NCBI GenBank assembly: GCA_963719505.1
Contig: CAVRCF010000005.1
Coordinates: 736,001-800,000 of the forward strand
Reading direction: 5' to 3'
Source: Halobacteriovoraceae bacterium
GTDB taxonomy: Bacteria; Bdellovibrionota; Bacteriovoracia; Bacteriovoracales; Bacteriovoracaceae
Length of the DNA: 64,000 nt
Position numbers and translations under genes: made by a program. Below, in pieces: positions 59,636 through 64,000 of this stretch (positions within the stretch are counted from its first letter, which is position 1; each line of letters starts with the position of its first letter). A model generated the notes under the pieces. That model was not told the origin of the DNA. It was given only the letters and a program-made list of their open reading frames with translations, and searched no databases.

Positions 59636-60660
59636 ACAGAAGCTAAATAAAGTGGATGAAAGTTTTTATCTAGTCTTTCACAACCGGGAAAAGGCAGCCT
59701 TTTACTCTCATGAAACGTTCTTGCATCAAGAAAAATAATTCCCTCTGATGAAAGAATCATAAACTTATCTTTAGAGGATTTAACATCAATAGGATTTACA
59801 AAACTTTTCGTTGATATTATTTTATTTGAATCAGAAAGTAAGTAGACACTATTACCAGCTGGGTTTATGGCGCAACTCGTACTAGTCTTTTGATTTGTTG
59901 ATAGCCAAAAAAGATAAGGAATTTTAGTTTTTCTACTACTTTGCACAGGTATAAGATTTTTAGATTTATCAATTTGCATAATCGGCAGATATTTAGCACT
60001 GCTCGCATCAGAAAATCCACCAACGACTTCAAATCCATTGTTTCTTCTTCTAAATATGTGTCCTGCTTCTAGCTTACCGTGTTCAAATTTTTTGATCGAT
60101 ATTTGTTTTGTCTCTAAATTCAAATTTAGTATACCCGAACTGTTTGCTTCAGAAATACAAATAAGAATATTCTTTTTGTTTTTGGATAAGATGGACATGT
60201 GGAGAAGATAGGATGAGCTTAAATTGATATCGGCAATTTTTTTTAAGCTGGCAGATTCATAGAGACGTAAGAGATTGGAACCTTTTTCTTTTAGGGGTGC
60301 TAAGACCAACCCTTTAGCGTAATCAATTGAACAATGGCCATAAAAAGTCGATTCTTTATCTGCGATATGACTTGTTATTTTTAACAGCTCTTTATCCCAA
60401 ACAGCTATATTTTCTCCATCCTTTTCTACTAAGAGAATTTTTTTCTCATCAACTTTTAGAATTTGATGAGGCTTGAAGGGTAATTTATAACTGTTGTGTT
60501 TATAGGTATCTGCATGATAGAAATTCAGATAAAAATCTCTTCCAAGTTGAGTCACGTATACAACCTCAAAACTATTTTTCCGATTCTTTGCCCTAGTTTG
60601 AAAGAAATAGCTAGATGAGAAAAATAGAATTATAATCTTGAAAAAGTATCGCCTATCCAT
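59632..60660 (-). CDS. Tat-like exported beta-propeller (DUF1513-like)
   Basis: MDRRYFFK N-terminus; PH, FYGH, LH repeats; ATGA-coupled to the next gene. Confidence 0.55.
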   Translation of the reverse strand: MDRRYFFKIIILFFSSSYFFQTRAKNRKNSFEVVYVTQLGRDFYLNFYHADTYKHNSYKLPFKPHQILKVDEKKILLVEKDGENIAVWDKELLKITSHIADKESTFYGHCSIDYAKGLVLAPLKEKGSNLLRLYESASLKKIADINLSSSYLLHMSILSKNKKNILICISEANSSGILNLNLETKQISIKKFEHGKLEAGHIFRRRNNGFEVVGGFSDASSAKYLPIMQIDKSKNLIPVQSSRKTKIPYLFWLSTNQKTSTSCAINPAGNSVYLLSDSNKIISTKSFVNPIDVKSSKDKFMILSSEGIIFLDARTFHESKRLPFPGCERLDKNFHPLYLASV

Positions 60661-60771
60661 CCTTACTCCTATCATTCTTTGAATACTCAAAATACATTTT
60701 TACAATTAGCCCTTATAATTATTTACATAGAAAACGTATAAGTAAATAAAATAATAAGTGTAGGGAAAATT

Positions 60772-60800
60772 AAAAAAGCCAAGTACGAATACCTGGCTTT
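60772..60800 (-). terminator. Rho-independent terminator
   Basis: Minus strand AAAGCCAGGTA-TTCG-TACTTGGCTTT followed by a T run. Confidence 0.75.
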
Positions 60801-60950
60801 ATATTTTATGGAGGAGACACCTTAAGCTGAAACTGGAGCTTTACAGTTCAAACCCTACGCAGTTACAGAGACTTAACAGCTTGAAGTTCCAATTTGGAAC
60901 CTCAAATAAAAAATTACATTGTAAGTATACTGTAATTGTGATAGGATTGT

Positions 60951-61241
60951 TTGATGAAGTTTGAATGGGACGAGAAGAAGAACAAATCTAATATTAAGAA
61001 GCACTCTGTTTCATTTGATGAAGCAAAGACAGTTTTTTACAGTGATCAGGCCATAATATTTAATGATCCTGAGCACTCAAGTGAAGAAGATCGCTTTATT
61101 ATCGTAGGCTTTAGCTCTATTGGTAAACTCCTTCTATCCTGTTTCTGTGAAAAATGTGAGGGAGATATTATTAGAATTATTTCAGCAAGAAAGCTCACTA
61201 AAAATGAATCAAAGAACTTTTCTAAAGGTGGTTTAAAATGA
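60951..61241 (+). CDS. brnT: BrnT family toxin
   Basis: FEWDE.KN..N.KKH.VSF.EA..VF, EDRF..VG, IRIISARK. Confidence 0.92.
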   Translation: MMKFEWDEKKNKSNIKKHSVSFDEAKTVFYSDQAIIFNDPEHSSEEDRFIIVGFSSIGKLLLSCFCEKCEGDIIRIISARKLTKNESKNFSKGGLK

Positions 61242-61462
61242 AAAAAGAATATGATTTCTCAAAAATGAAAGGACGCAAAAATCCTTATGCAAAAAAATTG
61301 AAAAAACAGATTACAATTAGACTTGATGAACCAGTTATTGAATACTTTAAGAAGTTAGCAGAAGAGAACGATATATCTTATCAGACTCTAATAAATCTAT
61401 ACCTTAAAGATTGTGCAAATTCAGAGAAGAAGTTGGTAACGAAATGGTTGTCAGCGTCTTAA
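61238..61462 (+). CDS. brnA: BrnA / CopG-like antitoxin
   Basis: MKKEYDFS, ITIRLD..VIEYFK, YQTLIN.YL. Confidence 0.9.
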   Translation: MKKEYDFSKMKGRKNPYAKKLKKQITIRLDEPVIEYFKKLAEENDISYQTLINLYLKDCANSEKKLVTKWLSAS

Positions 61463-61470
61463 TCAAAATA

Positions 61471-61955
61471 CTAACTTAAGTAATCTAAACATTTTTTACA
61501 AGAATTATAACTATTAGTTCGCTTCTCCAAATTAATTAGATTCCTCTGTTTAAGCTCTTCCTTAACAGATAAAATACAGACATCCCCTTCAAACTTTTCT
61601 AATGGTGTTAAACCTTCAAGTGCGTAATGTGGAACAATCTCATTATATTGATGAACAGACCTATATATCTTCTTATGAAGAAGTTTGTAGGTCTTTACTC
61701 TACCCAGATAGTACCTTTGCTTAAAGGTTCTAAAAACGGCTTCAACCATCGAGTTTGAAAACTTTATGTCTTTCTTTGCAATATAGTGCTTAATCCACCG
61801 ACTAAATATTACTCTTTGGACAAATGATGCTAAATTTTCACCGCCTCCATCAGACAGAAGCTTGCCTTGAAAAGAAGGTACTTTGCAACATGAGTTAGTA
61901 AGTGTCTTAATCGCCACATTTGCATTTTTATTATCTGATAATGTCCAGCCAATAT
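61471..61955 (-). pseudogene. Truncated DDE transposase (rve core) remnant
   Basis: IGW.LS, LLSDGGGEN, NSMVEAVFRTFK, YN...PH.AL.GLTP; N-terminal part missing. Confidence 0.75.
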
Positions 61956-62130
61956 TCGTTAGATAATTTTGCCCTTATACATTTATGATAATACTTCTTA
62001 GGCTGCTTATTTGGCCGTCTCGATATACCGTATAGCTTCATATATTTATACCAAGAGTCCAATGAACTGATCTTCCCCTCAAAAAACGGACACTCTTTTA
62101 ACAGCACAACTTATATGATAGGAGTGCGTT

Positions 62131-62433
62131 ATGAAAAAGAACAACAAAAAACAAAGACAGAATTATTCCCCTGAATTCAAGGCAAATGCCGTTGAACTAG
62201 CCGAAGAAATTGGGCCAAAAGAGACTGCTCAAAAACTTGGCATCAAGAATGTTCAAACTCTAACAACTTGGATAAAACATTCAAATAAAATGGAGCTCGA
62301 CGATGAATATTGAGACACTGAACAACTAAAAGCAGAAATAAAACAGCTCAAAAAAGAGCTTTTAAAAGAGAAAAAAGTTACAGCGATCCTAAAAGATGCC
62401 ACGGCTTTTTTTTGTCAGGATCAACTGAAGTGA
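62131..62433 (+). pseudogene. IS3 OrfA with internal TGA at 62311
   Basis: YSPEFK..AV HTH; the frame continues after the stop with a leucine zipper and ILKDATAFF. Confidence 0.85.
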
Positions 62434-63304
62434 AATTCAGAGGAATTGTTCTTTTAAAAGAAGAGGGCCATGCTTTAAAAAGCTGCTGTGAACTGCTCAA
62501 AGTATCCTGTTCCGGCTTTTAAGATTGGAGAGGAAGATTGCCATCAAAAAGAGTTCAAAGAGATTTGAGACTGTCTGAGAAGCTCAGAAGTATCTTTGGT
62601 AAAAACAAAGGTCGCTACGGATCACCCGAGTTCAAAAAGCTCTTGAAAACGAAGGAGAAAAAGTTAGCAAGAACAAAGTTGCAAAGATAATGAGAGAGGA
62701 TGGTCTGAGAGCTAAAGGCAAGAAGTCTTTCCGTCCAAAGACGACAATAAATAACCCTTTGGATGCTAAGTCTCCTAGAGTTTTCAAGATTGAGGACAGC
62801 AAGATAAAAGCGCAGAATGAAGTCTGGGCTTCTGATTTAACATACATCGCGACGAAGGAAGGATTTTGTTACTTAACTGTTGTTTTGGCTTTATGGAATC
62901 GAGAGATTAAAGGCAAAAATATTTCAGTGTCAATGGAAGCTAAAAATACAAAGGATGCTTTTTTATCAGCAGTAAGAAACAGTTCTGGTAGGCTTAACAA
63001 AACAATTTTTCACTCGGATCAGGGAGTTCAGTACTGTTCAAAAGAAGTGAGAGGAAAGCTTCGATTTCTTGGGCTAACTCAATCGATGTCGAGGAAGGGA
63101 AACTGTTATGACAATGCCTTTGTAGAGAGTTTCTTTCATAGTTTAAAGACGGAGCTTGGGCATAAGGTTTTTGAAAGTTTTGAAGAAGCGAAAAAAGAAA
63201 TATTTGAATATATAGATTGGTACAATAAAGAAAGGTTACATTCTTCACTTGGCTATTTGAGTCCGAAGGATTATGTTAAACAAGACAATCGTCAAGCTGC
63301 TTAA
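62430..63304 (+). pseudogene. IS3 OrfB transposase with TAA at 62520 and a frameshift near 62626
   Basis: CELLKVS.SGF*DW, RYGSP/RV; WASDLTYI, HSDQGVQY, GNCYDNA.VESFF..LK.E. Confidence 0.88.
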
Positions 63305-63452
63305 AAGAGTGTCCGTTAAACATGGGTAAGATCAAATCCTAGACGAAATTATATTTTTACTTAAAATTTATCAAACTATTATTGCAGCTCTTATTGGGTC
63401 TATAGTCGCCTATAAATATAATAAGTCCAAATATAAACTCGACAAAGACATT

Positions 63453-64000
63453 TGTTCGTGACCCCCTTTTGACGGCTACCTCTTAACGGAGGAAAAAATG
63501 GAAAGAAAAAGAAGAAGATTTACCGAAGATCAAAAAATCCAAATTCTACAGGAACATCGTTCAAAAGGTGTTCCAATTTCAGTTTTAGCACGAGTCCATG
63601 ATATAAATGCAGTAACTTTATACCAATGGAAAAGAGCTATGAAAGACAAACCTGATACTAATATCGATGTTGCTGACCTTTTGAAACAAATTGATCAACT
63701 TAAAAAAGACAAAGATAAACTACTCAAGAAAGTTGGTGAATCTACCCTCAGAGAAGAGGTCGCTCAGGATATCATCGATTTTTATAAAAAAAAGATCTTG
63801 GAACAGGAGTTGATCGAGCAAAAGAATTCATCAAACTCAAAAAGAAAGGATCAAAAAAAATGATCTGTGAAATGTTTGGAGTCCACTCAAAATCAATTTA
63901 TAAAACGACTAGCTCAAAGAAATTTTACTTTAAAGCTGAAGATGGAGAAATACTAAGCCAGATTAGGTCAATTGTTTCCTTACGACCAACTTATGGTTAT
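63453..64000 (+). mobile_element. Second IS3-family element (IS2-like), truncated by window end
   Basis: Probable IRL beginning TGTTCGTGACCCCC; orfA then a -1-frame orfB (…PTYGY); slippery A-AAA-AAG at 63788-63794. Confidence 0.8.
63498..63863 (+). CDS. IS3-family transposase OrfA
   Basis: RRRFTEDQK, LAR.HDI....LYQWK, LKKVGE. Confidence 0.88.
   Translation: MERKRRRFTEDQKIQILQEHRSKGVPISVLARVHDINAVTLYQWKRAMKDKPDTNIDVADLLKQIDQLKKDKDKLLKKVGESTLREEVAQDIIDFYKKKILEQELIEQKNSSNSKRKDQKK

Larger units (their letters stand above)
62068..63334 (+). mobile_element. IS3-family element (1267 bp), inactivated
   Basis: 34-bp imperfect IRs TGATCTT.CCC......AACGGACACTCTTTTAA (27/34 match); orfA/orfB organisation. 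Confidence 0.92.

Noticed and set aside
60805-60900. Complete tRNA gene
   Set aside because: No T-loop GTTCRA or cloverleaf can be built upstream of the CCA-like stub
62311-62313. Programmed readthrough or selenocysteine at the IS orfA TGA
   Set aside because: The same element has two further lesions and TGA is a normal stop elsewhere in the window, so simple decay is the better explanation

Overview
AT-rich bacterial chromosomal window. The gene content and style suggest a Bdellovibrionota (Bacteriovorax/Halobacteriovorax-like) host; this is inference. From left to right it holds: the 3' part of clpB; two CheY-like receivers facing a DUF3034 / exported truncated globin / membrane CheA-like kinase / cupredoxin operon; general-stress genes (GNAT-nitrilase, GSP26, DUF748, ybhP-clsB); several two-component proteins; an unannotated RiPP-like biosynthetic locus (about 19.6-28.9 kb); a RegB/RegA-like operon with a palindromic operator; a lexA / imuA-imuB-dnaE2 mutagenesis cassette with a GTAC-N7-GTAC double box; a cusCBA-type metal efflux operon with a divergent ECF sigma/anti-sigma pair and twin TGTCACA-N16-CGTAA promoters; transporters; and a mobile right end with brnT/brnA and three IS/transposase remnants. 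The most notable item is the RiPP-like locus. A tandem array of short acidic peptide genes, missed by the ORF track, lies directly before a stand-alone PqqD/RRE protein, next to a divergent PLP enzyme, a carbamoyltransferase, a glycosyltransferase, an ATP-grasp ligase and a PLP decarboxylase. No class-defining RiPP enzyme is present. No rRNA, full tRNA or CRISPR array was found. All family calls come from motif recognition by eye, not from database searches.
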